Shown: positions 30,769 through 49,500, numbered from the stretch's first letter. The stretch is 64,000 nucleotides of DNA from the human T2T-CHM13v2.0 reference genome, Homo sapiens (GCF_009914755.1 NC_060930.1), one strand, 5' to 3'. Made by a program: numbers and translations. Notes: a model not told the origin generated them from the sequence alone.

Positions 30769-32135
30769 CTAGCTCTGGTTTTAAAGACAACACAAACGAA
30801 GCCGAAGACAGAGGACTCTTTCAGAGCAAATTTTTTTGAGCAAGGAGGAAAGCACAAAGGAAGCTGGTCTCAACCTGAGAAAACCAATTCACCCTTTGTA
30901 AAACCCTCCCTACACCCCCACAAGTGAGAAAATTTCATCAGTCCCTGAAGTGCAGAAAGTAGACCCTTCCCATCTGTAGCCAAAATGTGGTGCGACTGTT
31001 TAATCCAGATACGAATTTTGGAGAACATTGTAAACCCAGCAGGGGCGTAAGGGAGAGTAGGGAGAAGTTTGTCCCTAATGTACAGGTTATGTTCTTACTA
31101 TACTAGAAAGGCAAGTGGCTGGGAACTGAAATGAGCTGAGGAGTGGACGCAAGGGAAGGCTTTGAAAAGGAAGGAAGGGCTCTTGGAGCCGGGAGGGATA
31201 ACACTGAGTGGAGGAGAGAAGAAGCAGCGGAGAAGAAGGCAGAAGAAAAATCGGGGACGCGTCTTTAAAGACGGATAGTATTGAGACAAGCGTGGAGGAA
31301 GAAAGCAGCCAAGCGCCGCGTCTCTGCCAAGCTTTCTCTAGGCCCTGGGGAAGAGAGAAGGCTCTAGGTGAGTGGTTTCAAAGTGTATATCCCACAGAAG
31401 GGTACGGCTCGTGTTGCCCAAGATTTTGTGACTCTGAGAGTGCCTCACTGCACTGCACTCTCCATCGCAGGAAACAGGCTGAGCATTTTCGAGGGCGTGT
31501 GGTTGAGTATTCGTGGAGCAGTAGCCCCTGGTATTGGAGGTTTGAGGAAAGTGACGTTGTGTCAGTTCTCATGTGGAAGCAGCCTGCAGCTTTGATGCAG
31601 GCAGCAACTGTTTAGTTTGTGTTTCTTTTTGTTTGTTTGTTTATTTTCGCGTGTTTGGGTTTAAAATACAAGAGAAAGAACGAGGAAGAAAGGTTAAGTA
31701 GTGACTGAACGTTTTGGGTTAGAGTAGATACCCACTAAAACCATCGTACTTCTGGCTAGCTCAGCTGGAAATGCATCAGGCCACTAGTCCGGAAATTTAG
31801 GAATCACGATCCTGTTCTGATGTAGATACTTTTCATTTTCCCATACTTCTTTTTGATTCATACTCAACAGGCTACTGAACCCAGCTTTCTCCTGGAGCAA
31901 CCGGGAGGGTATTTGCGGTGCGTTTTGCTACTTATATTCTCTCTAGTCTCAGCGGAAGAGACAAGATTTGAACGGGGAAAGTCGGATTTGCAGAGAGGTA
32001 TTCATTCAAGGCTCTTTTCTGCCCTACTGTCAAGTGGATGAACAAAACGCTGACTTAAGATATGAGGAGGATTGCAGTGTTGAGAGTGCAAAAAGTGTCA
32101 AGTCAAAACATGGACATATTTTGCTCATAATGTAG

Positions 32136-33746
<1,611 letters not shown>

Positions 33747-34685
33747 AGTATTTGTTTGTATGTCAATCTAGGAACAATTCACAGCCGTCTCTACTTTGAA
33801 CCACCCAAAAGGCTGATTTATGTGAATTTAATTTCACTTGACAATTAATTAAACTCCTCTGCATATCCTGCCTTTTGTTTTGTTTCTTGTTTTGTTTGTT
33901 TACTAAGAGACTGCAATCTGCTTGTAGTTCACCCCTGCTCAAGCAAGACATACATTCAGTTTTGTTTTTTCAGTTGTGAGTAAATACCTCTTTTCCTCAG
34001 CAATATGTGGGTCCTGTGAGTTTCTTAGAGGGCCCTGGCTCATTTTGCTGATAGGGTTGCCAAACTCTTAGTGTGATAATAGTGCATTCTTTGACCACTT
34101 TGTTTCTAAATTCTGGCCATCCTTCAAAACTATGAGCTCGAGCGAGTGTCCCAACCACATGAGTTCCAGGTTGTTGTAATTGAGCCTTTATCAGTACATT
34201 TTGATGAAAGCTTTTCCTATTAGGATTTGGATTTGTGACCTTCAGATTTTTGTGGAAATTTATTAACAATGTTTGACTCTCGAGTTTTGAGAGCCCAAAG
34301 AAAGTTTTTGATAGAAACTTTCTTTTCTTGATGATATACTCTCCTTGATTGTGACTTCTTCCTCTTCTTCCTCTTTTTGTTCTTTTCTTTCTCCTTCACC
34401 TTCTCCTCCTCGTTCTCCTCCTTGTTTCTGCTTTTGTTAACCAAGGTCTGGAAAGATTTTACTTTTCTGTTTACTGTTTTATTTAAGCTTGTGTTGAGAG
34501 TAATAAGGAAATCGTAGAAATCAGAGAGAATGGCATAGGCCCTGTAAGTCACCATCATCTTTAATGCGGATGTTAACCAGTACAAGAACCCCGTTAGAGT
34601 TGCATTTGCTTTCTAGGGCAAGATCTTTGCTCTAAGTTTTTTTAAACACATGGCTGTCTATCTTTAAAAAAACAAATCATTTTTA

Positions 34686-35452
<767 letters not shown>

Positions 35453-35737
35453 TTAAATTCATGAAACAAGTAGGACAAGACCATAAATTGAAAAACCAAG
35501 CCCATTCCAAATTACGAATGCCTCCGGTAGTACCTATGCCAGGGACAAAGTGCACTTTAATAGTCAGTACACAGGTTGCTTACCGGGTTCTTGTTTTTTT
35601 TGTCAATAGTCTTCTTTCATTTCAAGTTCCCAAAGTCTTGGGAACAAGCCGGTTTTTTGTTTTTTTTTTAACTGGCTTGCAGAAAGCTCAAGGAGATGTG
35701 CAGAAAGTAAAGATATTTCCTGACAATAGTAAGAACA

Positions 35738-35810
35738 CGACCACGAAGGGACTCGAACCCTCAATCTTCTGATCCGGAATCAGACGCCTTATCCATTAGG
35801 CCACGCGGCC
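35738..35810 (-). tRNA. tRNA-Arg(CCG)
   Basis: Reverse complement GGCCGCGTGGCCTAATGGATAAGGCGTCTGATTCCGGATCAGAAGATTGAGGGTTCGAGTCCCTTCGTGGTCG: canonical cloverleaf, intact A/B boxes. Confidence 0.98.
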
Positions 35811-36257
35811 GCACGCGGGTGCTAATTTGCACACATCAAGACTGAAGTGTAGTGAGGAAACGTTGAGTTTCTGTTTTCAAACCTTTAACTTCGTAATTAG
35901 AGATTTAACAACTTGAAGGGGGGCGGGGAGAGGCGGGGGAGGAGGTGGGCAGAAGGAATAAAACTCCATCTAAAATTCCTAATAGCAATTCCTTAGAATT
36001 ATAAACTGCGAGATGATCAGAAGTGACATCTTTGCCTTCTTTGAAGGCTCTCTTCTCTAAGTTACTAATAATGATAATGCACGTTCGGGTACAGAAATAT
36101 GAGCCAAGAACTCAAGTCTGCAATGAAGGAGTGGACATGACAGCGTAAGAGGGAGCATCATTGTTTGATCTATTTTAACCTTTTCCGTCTCAAAGATACG
36201 ATGGTGCTTCCTCCAGGAAGAAAAGCCTGTAAGCTCAAACAAGAGCTCCCCTGGAAC

Positions 36258-36461
36258 AGAAGACACTGGAGACCGTAAGAGGTGGGAGGTTGGAAGGGGG
36301 AAAAGGATAGAAAAACTGCCTGTTGGGTATTATGCTCACCACGTGGGTGACGGGTTCAATCGTACTCCAGACATCAGCAACACGCAATACACCCTTGTCC
36401 CAAACCTGCACTGTACTCCCTGAATCTAAAATAAAAGTTGAAATTAAAAAAAAAAAAAAAA
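36258..36461 (+). mobile_element. L1 (L1PA/PB-type) extreme 3' end with poly(A)
   Basis: aaaaactgcctgttgggtattatgctcac...ccctgaatctaaaataaaagttgaaatt(A)n. Confidence 0.85.
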
Positions 36462-38126
36462 GCTCCCCCTTGTCAGAAAAGCCCCAAGTATTTTGCCTAA
36501 AGGTTGATTGCTCTAAGCTCACCTTTGGATTGATCCAGAAAACAGTCTGGGGCGATTTTTTGTTACCCTTTCCCCAGCTATGTCCCCTATGTTGATAGGG
36601 TAGGAAAGATTAAAAAAAAAAACAACAACCAAGTTTGTAAAGTAAACCAATCACAGATTCCCTCAGTTTTCGCATCGTCTTGGCTTCATGGAAATGACGA
36701 GTTACTGGGAAGAAACTATTTCATTTTTCCAGTGCCCAGTCCTATCTCCTTTCCCCAGAGAGATGCATCTCTCAGCCCTAAACTTTTCCTGGATCCCTTG
36801 TACACCATTTTCTCCAGGTTTCTCCAGTCAAAACTCAAGAATTGTTTTAGGCCATATTTTGGATGGTGTATCCTATGTACACTAATTTATTAAGTAATGA
36901 CCCATGTTTGAGACCACGGAACGCTAGTTCTGGGGCCGGACTAGATGAGTCTGGGTAGACAAAAGAAAGGTCTTCTGCTGTTCCCTATGAAACTGATTTA
37001 GTTAAGTCCCTTTCTTTGTCAGAAAGCGTCCTATGAGGAGCATTAGATTGAATAAGGGTTTCTGGTGTGATCCAGTTTGGGGAGGCTACTTGCTCTAGTC
37101 AGTGCTGAAGAATCCATCTCCATTTTGGGCAAGATGCACTACCATGACTTATGTTTCAACAGACTCAAACTTATTCACATGTTTTGAAATTGTTCTCAGT
37201 TTTGCTTCCTCACCTTCTCACTAGTGGATTTTGTGCCCAAAGAATAGCAATCCAAAATCTCAAAATCTAACAAATTTAAATAAAAGGGCATTTTTTGTTC
37301 AGTCTGGAGGAGGAAAAGTTAACTGGCAGACGTAGGCAGCAGATAGTAAAGTTGGCACAGTTAGTAAGGTTGGTAGACTGAGCCAAACCATCGAAATCTA
37401 TTTATTTATTGTTATATTTATTTATTTATTTATTTATTCCTGCTGTTTGCAGAGCAGGGGTACCCTATAGAAAGTGTGTCCAAAGTAGCCTGAAATTTCT
37501 TTCTTCAGGAAGATGCTAAAAAGGATTGGCACTGAGATTTGAAAGAATAATGCTAAGAAACTATTAAATTGTATGAAATGTTTGTTTATACCAGTGATAC
37601 CATTTCCTTTCCAAAGCCTTTCAGTGTTTTCTCTGATGCCTTTTGATTTTTATCTGATGGGTTCCAGGCAAGATTCCTTTAAAATGTTTAAATATTTCTA
37701 ACAAAAGTATTTTGGGAGGAATCCAAGAGAGATTTGAAAGTATGACATTCTTAATCTCTCTATAACAATCTGTCTAGATAATTTCACTGAAGAAATGAAT
37801 GGAGGAGGGTGTCTGTAGATAAAGGTTTCTATAATTGAGATTTGAAAAAAATAGAATTTATTTATTTGTTTAGATGAAACCAGACAACTTTCCAAGCCCT
37901 GAATCAAATTGGGGGATGTATTGCACCTTTAGACAAAGAATCTCCCAATGTAGCTACTTTAGCCATTTTACAAAAACCCATAATGCATGACCCTAATAAT
38001 GTTCTTAACTTTAGAATTTGGAAAACTCAGCATTTCCTGTGAGGTGTGATCCAGTGTACAACAAACGTTCACTCACACACACAGAAAGAACTAAGATTTG
38101 CAGCACTTATGGTCTGGTTATTGACC

Positions 38127-38130
<4 letters not shown>

Positions 38131-38172
<42 letters not shown>
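38131..38172. repeat. (GT)n microsatellite
   Basis: Uninterrupted gt run. Confidence 0.97.
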
Positions 38173-38173
<1 letters not shown>

Positions 38174-38276
38174 GGGGATGGGGGCTACTGTGAAAGGAAA
38201 GGATAAAGAAAACTCAGCCAAGTAAAGATTTTCTACTCACATATCTATTTACCATTCTTTTGTCTATATGTCTTTT

Positions 38277-39780
38277 AAAAGAAGACATACAAATGGCAAA
38301 TATATGAAAAGGTGCTCAACACCATTGATCATCAAATAAATGCAAATCAAAACTAAAATGAAATGTTATCTCACCCAAGTTAAAATGACTTTCATCCAAA
38401 AGACAGGCAAGGACGTGGAGAAAGGAGAACCCTAGTACACTCTTGGTGGGAATTTAAATTAGTACAACCGCTTTGGAGAATAGTATGGAGGTTCCTCAGA
38501 AAACTAAAAATATTACCATATATTCCAGCAATCCCCCTATTAGGCCTATACCCAAAAGAAAGGAAATTAGTATATCGAAAAGATATCTACACTGTCATCT
38601 TTATTGCAGCACTATTCACAATAGCCAAGATTGGGAAGCATCCTAAGTACCCATCAACAGATAAATGAATAAAGTAAATGTGGTACGTATACACAACGGG
38701 GTACTATTCGGCCATGAAAAGAATGAGGTCTTGTCATTTGCAAAGCGGATGGAACTATGTTCTGTGCGGGAAATGCGAGAGGGGAGAAGAAAAGACACAC
38801 ACACAATACCTTTAAGGGTAAATAACCTTTATCCCACGTAAACGGCAATGCAGATATAATAAACAAATGATACAATAAGCAAATTGCAATGGGAAGGGGA
38901 GAAGGGAAAAGATATATATATATATATATATACACACACACTCACCAAATATATATATATATAAATATATATATTTATATATATGTACACTCACAAGACT
39001 ATGAAGGATTCATCACCACACCGGGAAGCAACAGCCCGGGCTCCAGAGTCGGCCACTCGTCCATGCACAGAGAAGGAGAGGTCTCATGAAGCTCACGAGA
39101 GCCCTTCGCGACTGAGCTCAAGGAACAAGAAAAGGTCAACTTGTTTTTGCGATTGTCTGTTGTTTTTCAATAACTAACGTATAGGAATAGATTGAAATAG
39201 AGATTTCTCCAAAACAGCACTGGATGAACACCTCAAGGGGTTCATACAACCTGTTCAGGATTTGGTGACCATTGTTTGTGTCCACGTTCAATTGAGTTCA
39301 AATTTAATACGTAACTTTTCCTCCACAAACTAGAGGACATTAAGTTAAGCTATACACAGAAAGTAAAACTTCACATATTCTCTCTCATTTGTGGAAGCCA
39401 AAAATAAAACAATTGAACTCATGGAGACAGAGAGTAGAATGATGGTTACCAGATGCTGGGAAGGGTATTGGAGGGGGCAGTGAGATGGTTAATGGATACA
39501 AAAATATAGTTAGCATGAATAAGATCTATCATTTGATAGCACAACAGGGTGATTATAGTCAACAAAAATGTATTGTACATTTAAAAATAACTTAAAGATT
39601 ATAACTGGAATGTCTGTAACAAAGAAATGATAAGGTGTTGAGGCGATGGATGAGGTGATGGATGCTTCGTTTATCCCAATATGATTATTACACATTGTAT
39701 GCCTGCATCAAAATATCCCATGTATCATATATATACATATATATACTATGCAGCCGTAAAAATTAAAAATTAAAAAAAGA
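38277..39780 (+). mobile_element. L1 (L1MA-type) 3' fragment, split by a solo LTR
   Basis: aaagaagacatacaaatggc...atggaacta|gaggacatt... is continuous once 38758-39332 is removed. Confidence 0.88.
38758..39327 (-). mobile_element. Solo ERV1 LTR (LTR10B-like, HERV-I group)
   Basis: TG...CA termini; exact 5-bp TSD aacta (38753-38757 and 39328-39332); minus strand starts TGTGGAGGAAAAGTT...AATTTGAACTCAATTGAACGTGGACAC. Family name from recall. Confidence 0.8.
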
Positions 39781-40513
39781 TCCATAGACGAAGAAAAAAT
39801 ATCTTCAAAAATAAAACAAGAAAAAAACAAAGAAAAGATCCATTATTAATTACTGCCTTTGTCTGTCTGTGTTTGGAGAACGAATATCTGGCAGAAAAAT
39901 GCTTGCTGTGTTTAACATCACTATTTCTAAAACCTTTAGACTGTGACCAGCAAAAGCGGCACTAAATACTAAACCAAAAGACACTGTTACACGCGGTTTT
40001 CCTCTCTGGCCAGCCAGACCGCCGGTCTGAGGTCCACTTGCCAAAGTGATGCCTGGCTGGCAGTTTCATCCACCAACAGAAAGGGGTCCATTATGGAATG
40101 TTCTCTTGCATCTTCAAATTCTTCCTCCTTCGTCTCTCTTACCCTCTGCCTACAAAGGCTTCAAGAAAGAGATGCAAGACAATACTGAGGGATACGAACA
40201 AAAGTAGCTCCACAGTTGCCTCGAGAAGTTTAGGTTGCAGGTAATTGGCGAGAATGAAACCCTCTGTATCTAGCAACTCCGCAGTGCTTTGTGTAGAAGA
40301 CGCTCCATCTCAGGTTACGAAAATCTACAGAAAGGAAATGTTTAAAAAGAGAAAAGGAAAATATTCCTAGGGATTATAATGTCTCTCTTAAGCAGGGTCT
40401 TCGAAAAGAGGATAATTCAAGTAATATGATTTACAAATTGCAACATGAAACAAAATGAACTGAACAAATGGAGAAATCTAGATTACATACTCCGTGGGTT
40501 GCGTCTACCCAGG

Positions 40514-40586
40514 GCCTGGATAGCTCAGTCGGTAGAACATCAGACTTTTAATCTGAGGGTGCAGGGTTCAAGTCCCTGTTCAGGCG
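40514..40586 (+). tRNA. tRNA-Lys(TTT), divergent isodecoder
   Basis: GCCTGGATAGCTCAGTCGGTAGAACATCAGACTTTTAATCTGAGGGTGCAGGGTTCAAGTCCCTGTTCAGGCG: C11-A24 mismatch, G48; T4 at ~40600. Confidence 0.9.
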
Positions 40587-40612
40587 AAATATTTGTCTGT
40601 TTTACTCTAGCT

Positions 40613-41116
40613 CCGGAGTCCCCAACCTCCAGTAAACGTAACCGCGTATCAGGCAGCGCGGCAGGCGAGCCAGAGAAGTTTCATCTGTCCTTATACAGCA
40701 ACTCCCCAACGCTCCTGCGACCGCCTGAGCTACTCTTCCTCCCAGATAAGCGGGGGCGTCAGATTCTCACAGAAGTCCAAACCCTATTGTGAACTGCGTA
40801 TGAAAGGGATCTAGATTGTGGGCTCCTTATGAGAATCTAATGCTTGATAATCCGTCACTGTTTTCCATCAGTGCCAGATGGGACTGTCTAGTTGCAGGAA
40901 AACAAACTCAAGGCTTCCAGTGATTCTACATTATGGTGAGTTGGATACTTATTTCATTATATATTACAATATAATAACAATATTAAAAAAGTGCACAATA
41001 AATCTAATGTGCTTGAATCATCCCAAAATCATCCCCCCCAACCCCTGCTCCCTCATCCATGGAAAAAACTGTCTTTCATGAAACGGTCTCTGGTGCCAAA
41101 AAGGTGGGGAACTGCC
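40613..41116 (+). mobile_element. MER1A-like hAT-Charlie element
   Basis: Termini gtccccaacct ... aaggtggggaactgc; internal ctccttatgagaatctaatgc, ttctacattatggtgagttg. Confidence 0.8.
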
Positions 41117-41753
41117 GCCCAAGATAGTTTATACCAATTAAGCACAGGAAGAAGTTCAGATACTTGTTTGTACAGTGACTAAAACTTTGCTACTTTATGC
41201 TTTACAAATGTGGAATGATTTACATCATGAAATTACCAGCCCTAAGGGATTGCCTTAGTGAAGTTGTTTTCCAAACACCAGAATACAGAAATCTAAACTA
41301 TTTTAGAGACTGTTGACCTGGAGATTTGCATTTTTACGTATTTTTTAGAGAATCTCCTTCAACGGTTAACTGAAAACAAAATCAATCAAAATTTCTAAAC
41401 TCTAAAAACAGAGAAAGAGATATTGAAAGCAAGAAAAGAGACAAAACACCTTACCTACAGAGAAAACCAATTTGCATAACAGTGGGTATCTTATCAGAAA
41501 TCACAGAAGTCAGAAAGAGTGGCACAACAGTTTTCAAGGACCGAAAGAAAAGAATTGTTAATTCTGAATTCTATATCCACAGAAAATATCCTTTAGAACT
41601 GAAGAAGAAATCAAGACATTTTCAGAGCAAAGAAAACTAAGATAATTAGCTTCTAGCAGAATTATCCCTTAAAAAATAGTTAAATTTCTCCAGATGGAAA
41701 GAAATGATAAAAGAAGAAATAATTGACACCAGGAAAGAAGAAAGAACATGGTA

Positions 41754-41796
<43 letters not shown>

Positions 41797-41965
41797 TAAA
41801 AACAATACATTTTCCTTTTCCTCTTGAGCTTTCTAAATTATGTTTAACAGTTGAAGCAAAAAGTGTAACATGACCGGGCACGGTGGCTCAGGCATGTAAT
41901 CCTACCACTTTGGGAGGCCAAGGTGGGCAGATCATGAGATGAGGAGATCAAGACCAGCCTGACTA

Positions 41966-42253
<288 letters not shown>

Positions 42254-43050
42254 TTACAAGTAGGAGAGGCAAAGTGACAGAAAGGTAAAGATGACACACA
42301 TCACTTTAACTGATAAAATAATGATACCAGTACACAGTGATAAATTAAATAAATATGTAATACTCAGACAAATCACTAAAAGAGTTATATAAAGAGATCA
42401 TTTAAAAACACTACAGATAGGCTGGGCACAGTGGCTCACACCTGTAATGCCAGCACTTTGGGAGGCTGAGGGGGATCACCTGTGGTCAGGAATTCGAGAC
42501 CAGCCTGGCCAACATGGTGAAACCCTGTCTCTACTAAAACTACAAAAATTAGCTGGGCATGGTGGCGCATGCCTGTAATCCCAGCTACTTGGGAGGCTGA
42601 GGCAGGAGAAAAAAAAAATCAAAAAAACAAAACCACACACACACAAAAACGCTACAGATAAATGACAATGAAATTCTAAAAAAGTATACTAGTAGTCCAC
42701 AAAGAAGGCTTTAATAAATAAATACATACATACATACATATCCCCAGAAAATGGCAGTAACAGGGTACAAATAGAAAACAAACTGCTAGATTTCAGCCCT
42801 AACATATCAATAATTACATTAAATGTAAATGGTCGAAAGGTACCAATTAAAAGACAGAGATTAACAGAGTAGATTAGAAAATATAATCCAACTACATGCT
42901 GTCTACAAGAAACTTATTTCAAATATAATTATACATACAGGTTGAAATTAAGCATATAAAAATATATAACATTCAAATGTTAATTAAAAGAAAGCAAAAG
43001 TGAGTATATTAATATAATATGAACTTTATTTATTTATCTTTTTTCTTTGA

Positions 43051-43401
<351 letters not shown>

Positions 43402-45093
43402 TAAACCAAACAGAGTTGAAAATATATAAAGAAAAAAAGAATTTTTAAAAAATAGACAAATCCACAATTACATTAGAGACTTCAACACTTCTCTCATAAT
43501 AATCGATAGAACAACTAAACAGAAAATCAGCAAGGATGTTGAAGAACTCAAAATCATCTTCAGCTAACAGAATTCAGTCAACATTTAAAGAAGACTCCAC
43601 ACAAGAAAAGCAGAACACACAGAACACAGGTCAAGATGGAACATATTCTGGGCCATAAAACAAACCTCAAATTTAAAAGAATTAACTCACACAGTATGAT
43701 CCCTGACCACAATGAAATCAAACTAAAAGTCAATCACAGAAAGACAACAGAAGAACATCCAAACACTTGGAAAATGAACAACACACTACTAAATAGTACA
43801 CAGGACAAAGAGAAAGACTTAGTAGATATCAAAAAATAAATTAACCTGAATAAAAATGAAAGCACAATATACCAAAATTTTCAAGACAACCTAAAAAAAC
43901 ACTGAGAGAGAAATGTATACCACTAACTGCATACATTAGAAAAAGAAAAAAGTCTCAAGTCAGTCATCTAAACTTTTATTTGAAGAACCCAGGTGGGGAA
44001 AAAAGCAAAATAAACCCAAAGCAAATAGACAAAAGATAACAATAAAAATAAGAACAAAATTCAGTGAAACGGAACACAAACAAAAAAAGAAAAACAAACA
44101 AAAAGCTAGTTCCTTTAGATCAATAAAAGAAGACCTCTAGTAAGACAGAAATTTTAGGAAGAGAGATGACACAAATTACCAATATCAGGAATAAAAAGAG
44201 GATATCACTGTAGACTCTGCTGACATCAAAAGGATATGTTTTTGGATGATTTCCTTTAAAAAATTTAGCCGGGCTCGGTGGCTCACACCTGTAATCCCAG
44301 CATTTAAAAAATAACTAGCCATGCATGGTGGCGGGTGCCTGTAATCCCAGCTACTCGGGAGACTGAGGTAGGAGAATCGCTTGAACCGGGAGGTGGAGGG
44401 TGCAATGGGCCGAGATAGCACCATTTCACTCCAGCCTGGGCAACAAGAGCGAAACTCCGTCGCAGACTTTTTCTCCCCCTTGTAAGGTCGGAGCTTTCCC
44501 ACTCAGGAAACAACATTTCTCTACTCTAGGTTTATCTGGCCTCGCATCTCTCCCCAGCTGGGCCCAGCCTCAGCCTATGCTGCAGAAATGTTTAAAGTCA
44601 AGCATGTAGAGAAGGAAAAAAAAAAAGGAAAGTGATGTGGAAATTAAAATAGCAGCTGCATAGGAATCTCAACATAGTGCTTAAAATGTGCATAAACGAG
44701 ACTAGGAGTGCCCTGCGCTTTTGTGAAAACTTCATTTAGAAATAAATGAGAAAGAAGGTGGAGAGGAGCCGAGAACCAGCTGGTGGGGAAAGGGAAGAGG
44801 CAGGCTAGAGTTAAAAAATGAAGGAGGAAAAGCATCCTCAAGATTATTCAGAATATATATATATATAATATACATAGTATATACTAATAATATATAAGGA
44901 TATATTATATCCTAATAATATAAGTAAATAATAATATATAACTTGTTAAATAATAATATAAATAAATATATTTTATAATTATATTTATTATATAATATTA
45001 ACATAACATATTATCAATATAATATTTTATATAACATATGTAGTATGATATATCCTAATATATAAAAATAATATTAGGATAAGGGAATACTAT

Positions 45094-45912
<819 letters not shown>

Positions 45913-46074
45913 CTATGAATAACTCTTTACACACAAACTTGACAATTTAGATGAGATAGACTAATTCCTTGAAAAACACAAATTAACACAACTAACTCAA
46001 TATGCAATACATTTTTTATAACCCTGTAACTATTAAGGGAATTAAATTTGTAACATAATTTTAAAAAAAAATCA

Positions 46075-46449
<375 letters not shown>

Positions 46450-47124
46450 TCATGCCTGTAATCCCAGCACTTTGGGAGGCCGAGGTGGGCGAATCATGAG
46501 GTCAGAAGACCGAGACCATCCTGGCTAACACGGTGAAACCCCGTCTCTACTGAAAATACAAAAAATTAGCTGGGCGTGGTGGCAGGGAGCCTGTAGTCCC
46601 AACTACTCGCTGGAGAATGGCGTGAACCCGGGAGGCGGAGCTTGCAGTGACACTCCAACCTGGGCGACAGAGCGCAACTCCGTCTCAAAAAAAAAAAAAA
46701 TGGTTAAAGAATTAAAACAAGGTCTACACAATCTATTCTGAAAAAAACAGAAGAGGACAAAAAACTTTCCATTTATTTATGAAGTTAATAGTATCCTGAT
46801 GCTAAAACCAGGTAAATACAGTACAAAATAATGAGTATTGGTGCATAAATACTTACCAAAATATTATCAAATAGAATTCAGGAATATATAAGAAGCATTA
46901 TACACCATGATCAAGTGGGGTTTATTCCAGAGACGTAAGACTAGGTAAATTTAGAAACAATCACTGCAATCCACCATATTAACAGGCTAAAAAATAAAAT
47001 CACGTGATCATATCACAGTAGAAAAAGAATTTGTCAAACTTCAATAGCTACTCATGACAAAAAGTCTCAGAAAAATAGGAATAGAGAACAGCTAACACTG
47101 TACATCACGGTAAAAGACAGAATG

Positions 47125-47725
<601 letters not shown>

Positions 47726-48300
47726 CAAAGTCAAAGGAATTAGAATAATTATTTAAAATCTAGGAGGGAAAAACAGTCTACCTGATTTCAAGACTATTTC
47801 ATTACATTGTTGTATTCTTGCATTATTGTATTATTACTACAGTAATTAAGACTGTATAGTATTGGCAAGGAGATAGGCACGTGGTTAATAGAGAGAATGG
47901 AAAAATAAACCTACACAAATATTCTCAACTGGTTTTTGACAAAGTTGCCTGAGTAGTAATTCCATGGAAGAAAAATAAGTCTCATGCCTTCACAAAAGTG
48001 AACTTAAAATGGATCGCAGATATGAATATAAAATGTAAAACTATAAAACTTTGAGGAAAATATATGGAAGATAATATTTCCAATCTAGGGCTAGACAAAT
48101 AATTTTACAGTTGACAGTGAAACATGATCCAGAGATCTTGTAAAAGCTGGTTCTTTTTTCCTCCTTTCCTCTCCTGCTATGTCAGTTGCTTTGGCTGGTA
48201 CAGAGGCTGACCAAATAGAAATAGAAATAAGAGAGCAGTAAAGGCAATGAATTGGGTCATGTTTTTACTTTTTATGTGACAAAGAAATGACAGAATTGGT

Positions 48301-48653
48301 GGCCAGGTGCAGTGGCTCATGCCTGTAATCCCAGCACTTTGGGAGGCCAAGGAGGGCAGATCACCTGAGGTCAGGAATTCAAGACCAGCCTGGTCAACAT
48401 GGTGAAACCCCACCTCTACTAAAAATTAGCTGGGCATGGTGACGCGCGCCTGAAATCCCAGCTACTTGGGAGGCTGAGTCAGGAGAATCACCTGAACCCA
48501 GGAGGCAGAGGCTGCAGTGAGCCAAGATCACGCCACTGCGCTCCAGCCTGGGTGATAGAGTGAGACCCTGTCTCAAAAAAAAAGAAAAGAAAAGAAAAGA
48601 AAGAAATGAGAGAAAAGGAAAGAAAAGGAGAAAGAGAGAAAGAAAGAAAGAAA

Positions 48654-48705
<52 letters not shown>

Positions 48706-48778
48706 AAAGAAAGAAAGGAAAAAGAGAAAGAAAGAGAAGGGAGAGTAGAATGATAAGAAAGGAAAGAAATAAAGAAAA
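48301..48778 (+). mobile_element. Alu with expanded (GAAA)n tail
   Basis: Dimer to ~48575, then ~200 bp purine-only repeat. Confidence 0.93.
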
Positions 48779-49052
48779 TTGGCTCAAAAGAGTCTCCTGG
48801 CTGACAAGAACTCTGGTGAGTTCTTCTACAGGAAAATCAGTCTCTTGTGTGTGACCACCAAAATCATCTAAAATGTTGACGGTGTCAAAGAGATAATAAA
48901 TGCATCCCCACCCCTGATGTAAGGCAAATACAAACCTCACTGGCTTTCCTAGGTGGTTTGAGTTTTTGATTGAGAATAGGCAGGGAACCCCGGGAACAAC
49001 TCTTCCCCCTCAGCAGGCGCCTGGCCCTGGACCACCTTCTTAAACCTCTAGA

Positions 49053-49500
<448 letters not shown>

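Noticed and set aside
38758-39327. p53 response element in the LTR10B-like solo LTR
   Set aside because: I could not find paired RRRCWWGYYY half-sites by eye, and the copy appears internally deleted.
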